Positions 1 through 10,809 of a stretch of DNA of 64,000 bases are shown here, one piece after another. The notes under the pieces were generated by a model, which was not told where the DNA came from, made no database searches, and worked only from the letters and a program-made list of their open reading frames with translations. The stretch is from positions 128,001 to 192,000 of the forward strand of contig CAVYIM010000009.1 in assembly GCA_963768655.1 (NCBI GenBank), written 5' to 3'. The stretch comes from an uncultured Chloroflexia bacterium (GTDB taxonomy: Bacteria > Chloroflexota > Limnocylindria > Limnocylindrales > CSP1-4). Within the stretch, counting starts at the first letter, position 1. Each line of letters starts with the position of its first letter. Made by a program: the position numbers and the translations under genes.

Positions 1-3000
1 GGCCCCAACCGCAGCGGTCGCCGCAGGTTCGACGGCCGCTCGGTTCCAACGGCTCAACGTGGGCAAGATCGACCCACAGCTGCTGCCGGCGCTAATCGAC
101 CCGAACCGCGTCATGGACGTCATGGTCCAGCTGGCCGATGAACCGGTTGCCAGCCACGTCGGCGATGCCAAAGACAACGGCACGACCGTGACCGCCTCCC
201 AGAAGAACAGCTGGCGGACTCAGATCCAGGCCACGCAGACGCCCGTCGTCAATGCGGTCCGCAAGTTCGGCGGCGTCGTCATCAGCCAGATGCAGGATGC
301 GTACAACGGCATCCACGTCCACGTTAAGGCCGCCGACCTCACCACCCTCGCCTCGATGTCGGGCGTCGACCGGCATCCACCTGATCCCGGTCTACAAGCC
401 GGCCCTGACCGAGAGCGTGCCGTACGTCGGCGCGCCGCAGGCCTGGACCTCGAGCGGCTACACCGGTGCCGGCGTCAAGATCGCGATCATCGACACCGGC
501 ATCGACTACTACCACGCCGACTTCGGCGGCTCGGGCAATCCGGCCGACTACACGTACGGCCTGGCCAACGACACGACGCTGCCCGGCCACGAATGCCGAA
601 CGGCAAGCGTGGCGTTCCCGAGCGCCAAGATTCCGGTGGGCTACGACTTCGTCGGCGATGACTACGATGCCAGCGCCGCGGCGGGCTCCCCAGATCTACA
701 TTCCGCATCCGGACGCCAACCCGCTCGACTGCAACAGCCACGGCACCCACACCGCCAGCACGCTCGCCGGGCATGGGCGTCCTCGAGGACGGCTCGACCT
801 ACACCGGGCCGTACAACTCGTCGAGCTACGGATCGCACGGACTTCAAGATCGGCCCCGGCGTTGCGCCTGAAGCCCGCTCTACATCTACCGCGTCTTCGG
901 CTGCACCGGCACGACTGACGTCGTGACCGAGGCCATCAACCAGGCCGTCAAGGACGGCGCGAACGTCATCAGCATGTCGCTCGGCTCCGACTTCGGCACC
1001 TCCGACACGCCCGATGCGATCGCCGCCGACAACGCCTCGCGCGCGGGCGTGGTGGTCGTCGCCGCCTGCGGCAACGAGGGCACCAGCGCCTACATGACGA
1101 GCACGCCGGCCTCGAGCAGCCGCGCGATCTCGGTCGCCGCGCATCGACTCCAACGCCACCTTCCCCGGCGCCACGATCGGAATCGGCGGCGGCATCGCCG
1201 CGCTCGACGCCAACAACGGGCCGCTCCCGGTAACGGGCCAGCTCGATGTCCTGATGTCGGGCGGCACCATCTCTCTCGGCTGCGACGCCTCCGACTACAC
1301 GGACTCGTCCGGCGAACTCGGTCGTGACCGGAAAGATCGTGGTCACTGTACGAGGCAGCTGCGCACGGGTCCAGCGCGCCGAGTCGGCCAACAGTACGGC
1401 GCCGCGGCCGTCATCATGGTCAACACCAGCGCCGGCCTGCCGCCCTTCGAAGGCCCGATCCCCGGGCGTGACGATCCCGTTCATCGGGGTCGAGGCCGCC
1501 GACGCCAGCGCTCTGGAGGGTGCTGACGGAACCACCGTCACCATCTCGTCCGCCGGCCTGCTGGCCAACCCCACGTACAAGGACCTGGCCAGCTTCTCGT
1601 CCTGGGGCCCGCGCTTCGGCGACAGCGCCCTCAAGCCTGACAGTCACCGCTCCCGGCGTGAGCATCGTCGCCGCAGGCATGGGCACCGGGCGACGACGTT
1701 CTCGTCGACTCGGGCACCTCCATGGCCACGCCGCACGTCGCCGGCGTCGCCGCCCTCGTCATCGCCGCGCACCCGGACTGGACGGTGAACGAGGTCAAGG
1801 CCGCGATCATGAGCACCGCGGACGACATCGTCGGCCAAGATCCTCGGCTACGACCCGCTCGGCGCCGGCTCCGGCGTGGTTCAGGCGCAGCTGGCCACGA
1901 CCACGGCCGCGATCGCTCTGACCCGCGACCAGCCTCGACAGCCTGGCGTTCGGACAACGTCGCCCTCGACGGCGCCTACTCTGCCGTCCGAGACCTTCAC
2001 GATCGACAACAAGGGCTCCAGGTCGATCACCTACAACCTGGCGGCCAGCTTCATCGGCGGCTCGGCCGGGGCGAAGGTCAAGGTCGTTCCGTCCAAGGTC
2101 ACGGTTCCGGCTCACCAGTCGCGCACGTCGCCGTGACGCTGTCCATGTCCTCCTCGGCGGTCGCGGCGCTGCCGACGGCCGACACTTCGGCGGGATGGGC
2201 CCGGCGCCGTCCTGACGGTGGAGGGCGTGGTGACGGCCACGCCGACCGCTTCCGGCACGGGCGTCTACCCGCTCCACATTCCGTTCCTGCTCGTGCCCCG
2301 CGGCGTCTCGCAGGTCGTCGCCGGGCCGCCCGTCGCCGTACAAGGTGACCGACGGCGTGGCCAACGCCAACGTCAGCTGCGGAACAAGGGCATTCACGAC
2401 GGCACTGCCGACGTCTACACGTGGGGCATCTACGACAAGGACCACACCAAGGGCATCGCCAGCATCCGGGCCGTCGGCGTGCAGTCGCTGCCGGCTGCGT
2501 CCTGCGACGTGTCGATCCCGACACGGACCGGCTGCATGGTCTTCGCCGATCAACGGCTGGCACCAGTGGTCCAACGCCGCGGCGCGCCGAGTACGACATC
2601 GCCATCGACACCAACGGCGACGGCAATGCCGGACTACTTCGTCGTCGGCGCTCGACTCGGCTACTACTCACCGGTGCGTTCGACGGCATCGAGGCCTCGT
2701 TCGTTACACCTTCGATGCCTCCGGCGCTCTCGTCGACGCCTTGTACCGCGGATGCGCCGATGAACGGCTCGGTCATCGAGCTGCCGGCCCTCGCCAGCGA
2801 CATGGGCATCACCGCCGCGGCGCCGAGCTTCACCTACTCGATCACCGGCTTGGACCTGAATCACCGGCACATCGACGCGGTGCCCGGCACCGCGAAGTTA
2901 CAACGCCTTCACCCCGAGCGTCTCGAACGGCCAGTTCGTCTCGCTCGCGTCGGGCGCGTCGGCCACGCTGCCGCTCAGCGTCAACCCGGCCCTCCAGGAG

Positions 3001-3099
3001 ACGGCCCCGGCCCTCGGCTGGATGGTCGTCAGCCTGGACAACCCGAACGGGGCCGCTCAGGCGGCGCTGATCCCGGTTGGGAAGATGCCCAAGCAGTAG
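1..3099 (+). CDS. S8 family (subtilisin/Vpr-like) serine peptidase with I9 propeptide, PA domain and C-terminal Ig/Fn3-like region; 5' end outside window; many frameshifts
   Basis: Catalytic motifs recovered across frames: [10 protein letters not shown] (Asp), HGTHTA (His), [11 protein letters not shown] (Ser); [12 protein letters not shown]; PA-like [11 protein letters not shown]; stop TAG 3097-3099. Confidence 0.9.
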
Positions 3100-3120
3100 C
3101 CCGAACCCGCACCAATGAGC

Positions 3121-3152
3121 AGCGGCCCGCCCGGTTCTCCGGGCGGGCCGCT
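3121..3152 (+). terminator. GC-rich hairpin after S8 peptidase, probable terminator
   Basis: agcggcccgcccgg-ttct-ccgggcgggccgct, 14-bp perfect stem about 20 nt after the stop; weak U-tract. Confidence 0.7.
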
Positions 3153-3357
3153 TCCGTGTCCGCCCTGATTCGCGGGCGAGTCTGCACTCGCCGCTCAGGC
3201 CCCGGACCGAACCCGGAACCGGCCGGCGGGGTCTAACTGGTGACGTTGCACGCCCGCGATGCGCGCACCAGTGCGCTTCTCGAAACCGCCCGTCCTACTA
3301 CGGCCGAAGCATTAACATGAGCGGGCAATTCCAGGCTGGCTTTCGGAGATCAACGGC

Positions 3358-5139
3358 GTGTCGTACGACGTCATCGGCAAGATGGGGCGAGTCACTGCGG
3401 ACATCACTCCGGGGCATCTCGGAGAGGTGATGATCGAGGTGCGGGCGGGGACGGAGAGGTTTCTCGCTCGCGCATCCGATCCTGAGGCGACGATCAAGAA
3501 ATACACTCAGGTTCTGGTGGTCGGCAGTCTGAGCGGCCGGACAGTTGAGGTGGAACCGACCGATACACGTGAGGCTTCCGCGATGACTGATTCTCAGACG
3601 ACTCTGCTCGTTGTCGGAGTCGCCGCGCTCATTGTCGTGCTCGTGCTCGTCATCCTGCTCAGGTCCTCCTGGCGGATCGCGGAGCCGGACGAGGCCCTGA
3701 TCATCTCCGGCATCGCGCACGGAAAGTCGCCGGCGAACGTGGCCGGCGAGAGCATGCGGTTCAAGATCATGACCGGCGGCGGAACGATCGTCATGCCCGG
3801 CCTGTCCAAGGTCCGCGCTCTCTCTCTGATGGCTCACGAGAGCGAGATCTCCGTCCCGTGCGTCAGCCAGCAGAAGATCCGCCTGGACCTGCGTGGCGTC
3901 ATCGTCTACAAGGTCGGCGACGACTACCGCTCGATCGCCAACGCCGCCCGCCGCTTCCTGGATCGCCCGGCAGCGGAGCTCGAGTCCAAGGTCCAGAACG
4001 TCTTCGTCGGCCATCTGCGCGCCATCGCCGGCTCGATGACCGTCGAGGAGATGATCAGCGACCAGGACAAGTTCGCCCAGCAGGTCCGCGATCGCTGCAC
4101 GAGCGAGATGGAGTCGTTCGGCCTCGTCATCGACAGCTTCCAGATCCAGGCCATCACCAGCCCCAGCAACTACATCGAGAACCTGGCCGTGCCGCACCAG
4201 GCTGAGGTCGAGCAGAACGCCCGCATCGCGCGCGCCCAGGCCGACCAGGCCGCCGTCGCCCAGGAGCAGACCGCCCAGGCGCAGATCGCCGAGTCGATCC
4301 GGGGCACCGAGATCAAGAAGGCCGGCTTCCAGGCCGAGATCGACCGCGCCCAGAAGCAGGCCGCCCAGCAGGGCCCACTCGCCGAGGCCCAGGCGCGCCA
4401 GGCTGTCGTCGAGCAGGAAACCCGCGTCGCCGAGCTGCAGGCGCAGCAGAAGGAGCAGCAGCTCCAGGTAGACGTCCGCAAGCCGGCCGACGCCGAGGCC
4501 TACCGCCAGACCACACTCGCCACGGCAGGACGCGACGTCCGCATCCGCCAGGCGGAGGCCGCCGCCCAGGAAGTCCGTCTCGCCGCCGAGGCCCAGGCTG
4601 CCGCGGTGAAGGTCCAGGCCGAGGCCCAGGCCAACGCCACGCGACTCAATGGCCAGGCCGACGGCGACGCCATCAAGGCCCGCGGCCTCGCCGAGGCGGA
4701 CGCGATCAGGGCTCGCACCCAGGCCGAGGCGGCCGGCATCGAGAGCCGCGCCGCGGCCCTGAGCCAGAACCAGGAAGCGGTCATCGCCCAGCAGATCGCC
4801 CAGACCATGCCCGACATCGTTCGCGCGGCGGCTTCGCCGTTCGAGCACGTCGGACAGTTCACGGTCCTCAACGGCGCCCAGGGCGTGACGGCCGCGCTGG
4901 CGGAGGTCATCCAGCAGGCCGGGGCGCTTGCGGCCGTGGCCCGCAAGACGCTCACCCCGGCTCTCATTGCCGCTGGTGACCAGAACGGCCCCGACGGCAA
5001 CGGCTCGAAGGCGACCGCCGGCCCGAAGCCGGCCGCGGCTGCCAAGGCTGTGGCGCCAGTGGCCGCAAAACCGGCTCCGGCCCCCAAGCAGGACGCCGCT
5101 CCTGCGGCGAGCCCAAAGCCCGCCGGCCAGGCCAAGTAG
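3358..5139 (+). CDS. NfeD C-terminal (OB-fold)-like segment in frame with an SPFH/flotillin family protein (flotillin ATG at 3583)
   Basis: N-terminal IGKMGRVTADITPGHLGEVMIEVRAGTERFLA is NfeD-like; then TM helix, EPDEALIISG, GHLRAIAGSMTVEEMI and AEA-rich coiled coil typical of flotillins. Confidence 0.85.
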   Translation: MSYDVIGKMGRVTADITPGHLGEVMIEVRAGTERFLARASDPEATIKKYTQVLVVGSLSGRTVEVEPTDTREASAMTDSQTTLLVVGVAALIVVLVLVILLRSSWRIAEPDEALIISGIAHGKSPANVAGESMRFKIMTGGGTIVMPGLSKVRALSLMAHESEISVPCVSQQKIRLDLRGVIVYKVGDDYRSIANAARRFLDRPAAELESKVQNVFVGHLRAIAGSMTVEEMISDQDKFAQQVRDRCTSEMESFGLVIDSFQIQAITSPSNYIENLAVPHQAEVEQNARIARAQADQAAVAQEQTAQAQIAESIRGTEIKKAGFQAEIDRAQKQAAQQGPLAEAQARQAVVEQETRVAELQAQQKEQQLQVDVRKPADAEAYRQTTLATAGRDVRIRQAEAAAQEVRLAAEAQAAAVKVQAEAQANATRLNGQADGDAIKARGLAEADAIRARTQAEAAGIESRAAALSQNQEAVIAQQIAQTMPDIVRAAASPFEHVGQFTVLNGAQGVTAALAEVIQQAGALAAVARKTLTPALIAAGDQNGPDGNGSKATAGPKPAAAAKAVAPVAAKPAPAPKQDAAPAASPKPAGQAK

Positions 5140-5164
5140 AACTGGAAGGCGCCGCTGGCGCGCC

Positions 5165-6280
5165 ATGAGTGAAACCGGAAACCGATCGGACCCGGCGTCT
5201 CCCGCCGGGTCCGGTGAATCCTGGGCGGCCGATCCCGCCCAGGCGCAGAAGATCGAGCGGACCGTCGCCGAGTACGTCGAGACCGTGGCGTCGCTGGATC
5301 CGGGCGGCCAGAAGTTCCTGCGGGCGGTTGCTTCGATCGATCGACTAGGCCAGCGCGAGTTCAGCGCGGCCGCGGCCATGAGCGACCGGATGCTGCAGAG
5401 GCGCCTCGACTCGGCGCGCGGGCTGCTCGCAGCCAGGGCTCCGCTGGCCCACCAGCTGGCCGAGCTGCGCAAGCTCGTCGACGAGCTGAGTCCAGCCCGG
5501 CTGGAGGATGGACACCGGCGATCTCGAGGACCGTTCGGGCTGGGGTCGCCGCGCGACGAGACGGACGACCTGGCCGACTACTTCGAGCACTTTGCGCGTT
5601 CCCAGGACCGCGTCGAGGCGATCCTGCAGACCCTCGCCGAGGGGCGCCTCGCGCTCGAGCGGGACAACGCGCTGCTTGGCCAGGAGCGGCTCTCGCTGGC
5701 TACCGTGATGGAATCGCTCCGCGAGAATGCCTATCTGACCGGCCGGCTCGACGAGGCGCTTACGGCCCAGATCGAGGCCATCGCCCGGACAGACCCCGAG
5801 CGAGCCGACCGCCTGCGCGCCGACCTCCTGCATGCGATCCGGCGGCGCCGCCAGGAGATCCTGACCCAGCTCGCGGTCACGACCCAGGGATATGCCTCGC
5901 TTCGGATCGTCGAGGACGGCAACGAGGGAATGGTTCGGGCTCTCGCAACGGCGACGACCACCACGGCTGCCGCGCTGCGCACGGCGGTGATGGTGGCCCA
6001 GGCCGTCGCCGGCCAGCGCATGGCCGCGCAGCAGATGGAGGCCGCCGCCGCGGCCGCCGGCGACCTTGCCGACGACTCCAGCGCCCTCCTGGAGCGACAG
6101 TCGGCCACCGTGAGAGACGGATTGGACCGGGCGGGAGAGCATGTGGCGATGCTCCGACGGGCCTGGGGCGAGGTCTTCGCGGCGCTCGATCGCGTCGACG
6201 CCGAGAAGGAGCAAGCTCTGCGGGCGATCGCCTCGGCAAGCCGGTCTGGGGGTCAGTCAGGGTCGGCGGCCGGGGACTGA
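5165..6280 (+). CDS. Toxic anion resistance (TelA/KlaA) family protein
   Basis: Helical protein with IDRLGQRE, LRKLVDELSP, YFEHFARSQDRVEAILQTLAEGR..L.RDN, QLAVTTQGY, TTTTAAALRTAVMVAQA. Confidence 0.75.
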   Translation: MSETGNRSDPASPAGSGESWAADPAQAQKIERTVAEYVETVASLDPGGQKFLRAVASIDRLGQREFSAAAAMSDRMLQRRLDSARGLLAARAPLAHQLAELRKLVDELSPARLEDGHRRSRGPFGLGSPRDETDDLADYFEHFARSQDRVEAILQTLAEGRLALERDNALLGQERLSLATVMESLRENAYLTGRLDEALTAQIEAIARTDPERADRLRADLLHAIRRRRQEILTQLAVTTQGYASLRIVEDGNEGMVRALATATTTTAAALRTAVMVAQAVAGQRMAAQQMEAAAAAAGDLADDSSALLERQSATVRDGLDRAGEHVAMLRRAWGEVFAALDRVDAEKEQALRAIASASRSGGQSGSAAGD

Positions 6281-6329
6281 GAGGGGCGGCCGTCGCTGCT
6301 CGTGCCGGATCGCCGCCCCGGCCCGGCCG

Positions 6330-7154
6330 CTACTGCGCCAGGCGCGGGTACAGTCGAGCGGCGATCGCGATCAGGACGATGGTCGATCCGATCAGCACCG
6401 CGAAGTCCAGGGCGAGCGGGAAGGTTTCGACTGCGCCCTGGACCATCAACGCCCGCAGTGCGTCGACCTGGTAGGTGAGCGGGTTGACCTGGGCGACCAC
6501 CTTGAGCCAGCCGGGCATCATGGCGATCGGGTAGATCGCGCTGCTGGCGAAGAAGAGGGGCATCGTCAGGACCTGGCCGATCCCCATGAAACGTTCCCGG
6601 GTCCGGACCAGGCAGGCGATCACGAGCGAGAACGTCGCGAAGGCGGCCGAGCCGACGACCACGACGAGGGCGACCCCGATCAACGACACCGGATCCAGCC
6701 GCAGATGCACGCCGATGAGCAATGCGACGATGTAGACCATCGCGGCCTGCACGAGCGCGCGAAGCCCGCCCGCAATCGCCTTCCCGGTGACCAGGGCGCT
6801 TCGCGCCGCTGGGCTCACCAGGTACTTGTGCAGGACGCCGAGGTCGCGCTCCCAGATGACGGCGATGCCGAAGAAGATGGCCGAGAAGAGGGCGCTCTGG
6901 GCCAGGATGCCGGGCGCCAGGAAATCCTCGTAGCCGAGGTTCCCCGTCGAGATCGCCCGAGTCTGGGCCATCACCTGTCCGAAGACGAGGAGCCACAGGA
7001 TCGGCTGGACGGCCCTCGTCAGCAGCTCGGTCGGGTCGTGGCGGAGCTTGCGCAGCTCGCCTTCGGCGATCGTCCAGGCGTCCAGGACGAACCGGATGGC
7101 GGCGGGCGGCTCAGCCCAGACGGCGGGCCGTACGACGCGTTCGAGCGACGTCAC
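6330..7154 (-). CDS. ABC-2 type transporter permease (DrrB-like)
   Basis: FLAPGILAQSALF, IWERDLG, PLFFASSAIYP, NPLTYQVDALR. Confidence 0.92.
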   Translation of the reverse strand: MTSLERVVRPAVWAEPPAAIRFVLDAWTIAEGELRKLRHDPTELLTRAVQPILWLLVFGQVMAQTRAISTGNLGYEDFLAPGILAQSALFSAIFFGIAVIWERDLGVLHKYLVSPAARSALVTGKAIAGGLRALVQAAMVYIVALLIGVHLRLDPVSLIGVALVVVVGSAAFATFSLVIACLVRTRERFMGIGQVLTMPLFFASSAIYPIAMMPGWLKVVAQVNPLTYQVDALRALMVQGAVETFPLALDFAVLIGSTIVLIAIAARLYPRLAQ

Positions 7155-7920
7155 GGTATTGACCTCCTTGCTCGCCGGTCTCGCTCAGTCCCGAGCCGGT
7201 GAAGTAAGTGAATGCGTCATCGAGGTCCTTGCCCGGCCCCGCCTGTCTGGAGAGCTCCGCCGGCGTCCCGAGGGCCACGAGCTTGCCCAGGTGCATGAAC
7301 CCGACTCGCCCGCACAGCTCGGCGGCCTCGTCCATGTAGTGCGTGGTCAGCAGGATGGTCGTTCCCTCCGCCTGACGGAGCTCCCGGATGTGGCCCCACA
7401 CGGCCCGCCGGGCGTTCGGATCCAGGCCGACGGTCGGCTCGTCGAGGAAGAGGACCTCAGGTCGGTGAAGCATCGCCTGGGCGATCTCCAGGCGGCGGAT
7501 CATCCCGCCGGAGAAGGTTCGAACGAGCCGGTCGGCTGATGCCTCCAGACCCATGAACTCGAGCGCCTCGTCGATTCGCGCGCGTCGCTGATCGCCCGGA
7601 AGGTGGTAGAGCCGGGCGCTCGACATCAGGTTCTCGCGCGCCGACAGGGCCCCATCGGAAGAGAGCAGCTGCGGTACGTAGCCGATCGAGCGCCGCACCA
7701 GGCGCGGGTCGCGCCGGATGTCGTGGCCCGCGACCGTGGCATCGCCTGCGCTCGGCGGTAGAAGCGTGATCAGCATCTTGATCGTCGTGGTCTTGCCCGC
7801 TCCGTTGGGCCCGAGCAGGCCGAAGACCTCGCCGGGCTGGACGTCCAGGTTCAGGGCATCCACCGCGGTCAGGGTGTCGAAGCGCCGGGTCAACTCGCGG
7901 GTCGAAATCGCTGGGGGCAT
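7111..7920 (-). CDS. ABC transporter ATP-binding protein (DrrA-like)
   Basis: Walker A GPNGAGKTT, signature FSGGM, Walker B LFLDEPT, TTHY. Confidence 0.95.
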   Translation of the reverse strand: MPPAISTRELTRRFDTLTAVDALNLDVQPGEVFGLLGPNGAGKTTTIKMLITLLPPSAGDATVAGHDIRRDPRLVRRSIGYVPQLLSSDGALSARENLMSSARLYHLPGDQRRARIDEALEFMGLEASADRLVRTFSGGMIRRLEIAQAMLHRPEVLFLDEPTVGLDPNARRAVWGHIRELRQAEGTTILLTTHYMDEAAELCGRVGFMHLGKLVALGTPAELSRQAGPGKDLDDAFTYFTGSGLSETGEQGGQYRDVARTRRTARRLG

Positions 7921-7981
7921 CGATCTCCTGCTGGCCGTCTGGGGTCCTCGAGTGCCGGCCGGACAGCGGCGGACCCAGAAC

Positions 7982-8008
7982 AGTTATCTTCGTTAACTAA
8001 TGTACCAT
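7982..8008. promoter_or_regulatory. Putative MarR operator overlapping divergent promoters
   Basis: AT-rich inverted repeat AGTTA-N7-TAACT (7982-7998) between divergent ABC and marR genes; -10 TACCAT at 8003-8008. Confidence 0.5.
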
Positions 8009-8014
8009 GAGTCC

Positions 8015-8473
8015 GTGACAGAGACGACCGCCGACCAGGTTGCTATCGCGATCCTCGAGACGATCCCGCCGTCCATGCGCGCGATTCGCGAGCAGATGCG
8101 GTCCGGCCGCGCCGCCGGCATGTCCGTGGCGCAGTTCCGGCTGCTGATCTACGTCCGGCGCCATCCCGGCACGAGCCTTTCGGCGCTGGCCGAGCACCTG
8201 GGAGCGAGCCTCCCGGCGGCCTCGCAGCTCGTCGAGCGGCTCGTCCGGTCGGGCCTGCTGACCAGGGCGCAGCACGCCGAGGAACGTCGACGCGTGGAGC
8301 TTCGTCTCACGGAGGCGGGCGCCGCGGCTCTCGCGGACTGCGACGCCCGCACGCGGACCTGGCTGTGCGGGCGGCTTTCCGGTCTGGACGACCGCGATCT
8401 CGCGCGGCTTGCCGGCGCCCTCGGGGAGCTCCGCGAGCTGCTCGCCGCGGCGGTGCGTGACGCCACCGAGTGA
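8015..8473 (+). CDS. MarR family transcriptional regulator
   Basis: SVAQFRLL, SLSALAEHLG.SLPAASQLVERLV..GLL, ERRRVELRLTEAG; GTG start 6 nt after TACCAT. Confidence 0.92.
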   Translation: MTETTADQVAIAILETIPPSMRAIREQMRSGRAAGMSVAQFRLLIYVRRHPGTSLSALAEHLGASLPAASQLVERLVRSGLLTRAQHAEERRRVELRLTEAGAAALADCDARTRTWLCGRLSGLDDRDLARLAGALGELRELLAAAVRDATE

Positions 8474-8486
8474 TAGTACGACGCTA

Positions 8487-8515
8487 TTGACAGACACCCG
8501 CAGAAGCTAGACACT
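8487..8515 (+). promoter_or_regulatory. Sigma70-like promoter for MFS gene
   Basis: Perfect -35 TTGACA (8487-8492), 17-nt spacer, -10-like GACACT. Confidence 0.5.
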
Positions 8516-8552
8516 ACCACCCGCGAGTTACAGCATAAAGGTGGTGTCTACC

Positions 8553-10135
8553 ATGACTGAGTCCACGCCCCGACGCTTCAGCCGGATCTCCGACCGCTGG
8601 CTGGCCCTCGGTGCCCTGACGCTCGCCCTGATGACTATCGGGCTGGACGCCACGGTGCTCAATCTGGCCCTGCCGACGCTCTCGAAGTCGCTCGGCGCCT
8701 CGGAGTCGCAGCTCCAATGGTTCGTCACCGCCTACACCCTTGCTCTCGCCGCGGCAATGCTGCCCGCCGGGCTGCTGGGCGATCGCTACGGCCGCAAGAC
8801 GGTCCTCGTCGGGGCGCTGGTCGTCTTCGGCATCATGTCGGTGGCGTGCGCCTACTCGCCCAACGCGAATGCGTTCATCGCCGCCCGCACCGTGCTGGGC
8901 GTCGCCGGGGCCGCGCTCACGGTCATGTCGCTCTCCGTAGTGACGGTCCTCTTCTCGGAGGCCGAACGGCCGCGGGCGATGGGCATCTGGGCTGCCGGCA
9001 ACTTCCTTGCCCTGCCGCTCGGCCCGATCGTCGGCGGTTACGTGCTGTCTCACTTCTGGTGGGGCTGGGTCTTCCTGATGAACGTGCCGGTGGTGCTGAT
9101 CGGCCTGGCTGTCGCTGTCGCGTTCGTGCCCCAGTCCCGCAGCGAGCGGCGGCCCAGCATCGACATCCTGGGCGTGGTGCTGTCGAGTGCGGGACTGGCC
9201 TTGCTGATGTACGGCCTGGTCGAGGCCGGCGACAACGGCTGGGGCTCGGCGAGCGCCACTGTCCCGTCGATCGCAGCCGTGGCGACGCTGACGGCCTTCG
9301 TCCTGTGGGAGGCCTGGTTGACCGCCCGGCCACACGGCGAGCCGCTGGTCGATCTGGGGCTCTTTCGTTCGCGCAGCTTCAGCGTGGGCGTCGTCCTCAC
9401 GGCGGCCGGCATCTTCGGGATGTATGGCGTCTTGTTCATGTTGCCTCAGTACCTGCAGGCGATTATGGGCGTCGACGCCCAGGGCGCGGGCCTGCGCTTC
9501 CTGCCAGCGATCCTGGATTGGTCGTCGGGGCGATTCCGGCGGATCGAGTCGCGGCCCGGCTCGGCTCGAAGATCACCGTCGCGCTCGGGCTGGCGATACT
9601 GGCGGGCGGAATGCTCGCCGGGAGCGCCATGACCGCGACCACCGGCGACGGCTACATCGCGGCCTTCACCTTCGTCGTGGGCGTCGGCTCCGGCCTTGGA
9701 CTCGCCACCGCGGCGTCGGCCGCGGTCGCGGAGCTGTCCGCGGAGCGGAGCGGCGTCGGCGCGGCGCTGGTCCAGGCGATCGTCAAGCTCGGACCGGCTT
9801 TCGGGGCCACGATCCTCGGCAGCGTTCTCAACTCCACGTACCAGGGCCACGTGTCGGCGTCGGGTCTGCCTGCCACCGCGGCCGCTACGGTCCAGAAGAG
9901 CGTGTTCGGCGGCCTGGCCGTGGCCGCGCAGCTCGGCTCGCCGGCGCTCGCCGACTCGGTTCGGGCCGCCTTCGTGGCCGGGATGGACGACGCGTCCCGT
10001 GTGGCCGCGGTGATCGCCGTCGCGGCGATGGTCGGAGCGCTGGTCCTGCTGCCCCGGCGGTCCCCGGCCGTGGCCTCCGACAGCGCCGTTTCGGCTGGCG
10101 CGGCAGCGACTGGAGGCGCCACAATGGCGCCATGA
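8553..10135 (+). CDS. MFS drug:H+ antiporter (DHA2/EmrB-QacA, 14 TM); one frameshift near 9520
   Basis: LDATVLNLALP, motif A GLLGDRYGRK, WGWVFLMNVP; C-terminal half continues in ORF ending 10135. Confidence 0.9.
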
Positions 10136-10734
10136 GCGAGTCGCCGACGATCGACAAACCCGGGTTGCGCGAACGCAAGAAAGCCAGGACGCGAGCCGCG
10201 ATCCAGGAGCACGCCCTGCGGCTCTTCCGCGAGCAGGGCTACGACGCCACCACGGTCGAGCAGATCGCCGAGGCGGCGGAAGTCTCGCCCAGCACCTTCT
10301 TCCGCTACTTCCCCACGAAGGAAGACGTCGTCGCCTACGACGCCCTGGACCCCGTGGTCATGGCGGCCTGGCGGGCTCAGCCACTCGACGTCGGGCCGAT
10401 CCGAGCCTTTCGCAACTCGCTGGTCGAGGTGTTCCGGGCCATGACCTCCGACCAGATCGCCGAATTGATGGACAGGGGCCGCCTTCTCTTCTCCCTGCCC
10501 GAGCTGCGGCAAGTGGCGATCAACGAGCTCATTCGCTCCGGCGAGATGGTCACCGACGAACTGGCCGCCCGGCTGGGCCGGCCGGCGGACGACTTCGAGC
10601 TGCGGATCTTCTCCGGCGCCGTCATGGGCGCCCTGACGGCCGCGCTGATCCCCATGCTGGACGACGCATCAATCGACATGATGGCCCAGCTCGATCGAGC
10701 CTTCGAGTTTCTCGAAAAGGGCATGCCGCTCTAG
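10132..10734 (+). CDS. TetR/AcrR family transcriptional regulator
   Basis: GLRERKKARTR..IQEHALRLF..QGYDATTVEQIAEAAEVSPSTFFRYFPTKED. Confidence 0.95.
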   Translation: MSESPTIDKPGLRERKKARTRAAIQEHALRLFREQGYDATTVEQIAEAAEVSPSTFFRYFPTKEDVVAYDALDPVVMAAWRAQPLDVGPIRAFRNSLVEVFRAMTSDQIAELMDRGRLLFSLPELRQVAINELIRSGEMVTDELAARLGRPADDFELRIFSGAVMGALTAALIPMLDDASIDMMAQLDRAFEFLEKGMPL

Positions 10735-10809
10735 TCCTTCCGGCTGGGCCGGGCGGGTCAAGTCTGCCCGACGCGAACCCGACGCCTACAGCGACCGATT
10801 CGCAACAGG

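Noticed and set aside
3281-3310. SigW-like ECF promoter before the flotillin cluster
   Set aside because: CGAAAC is present but there is no CGTA-like -10 at the expected spacing
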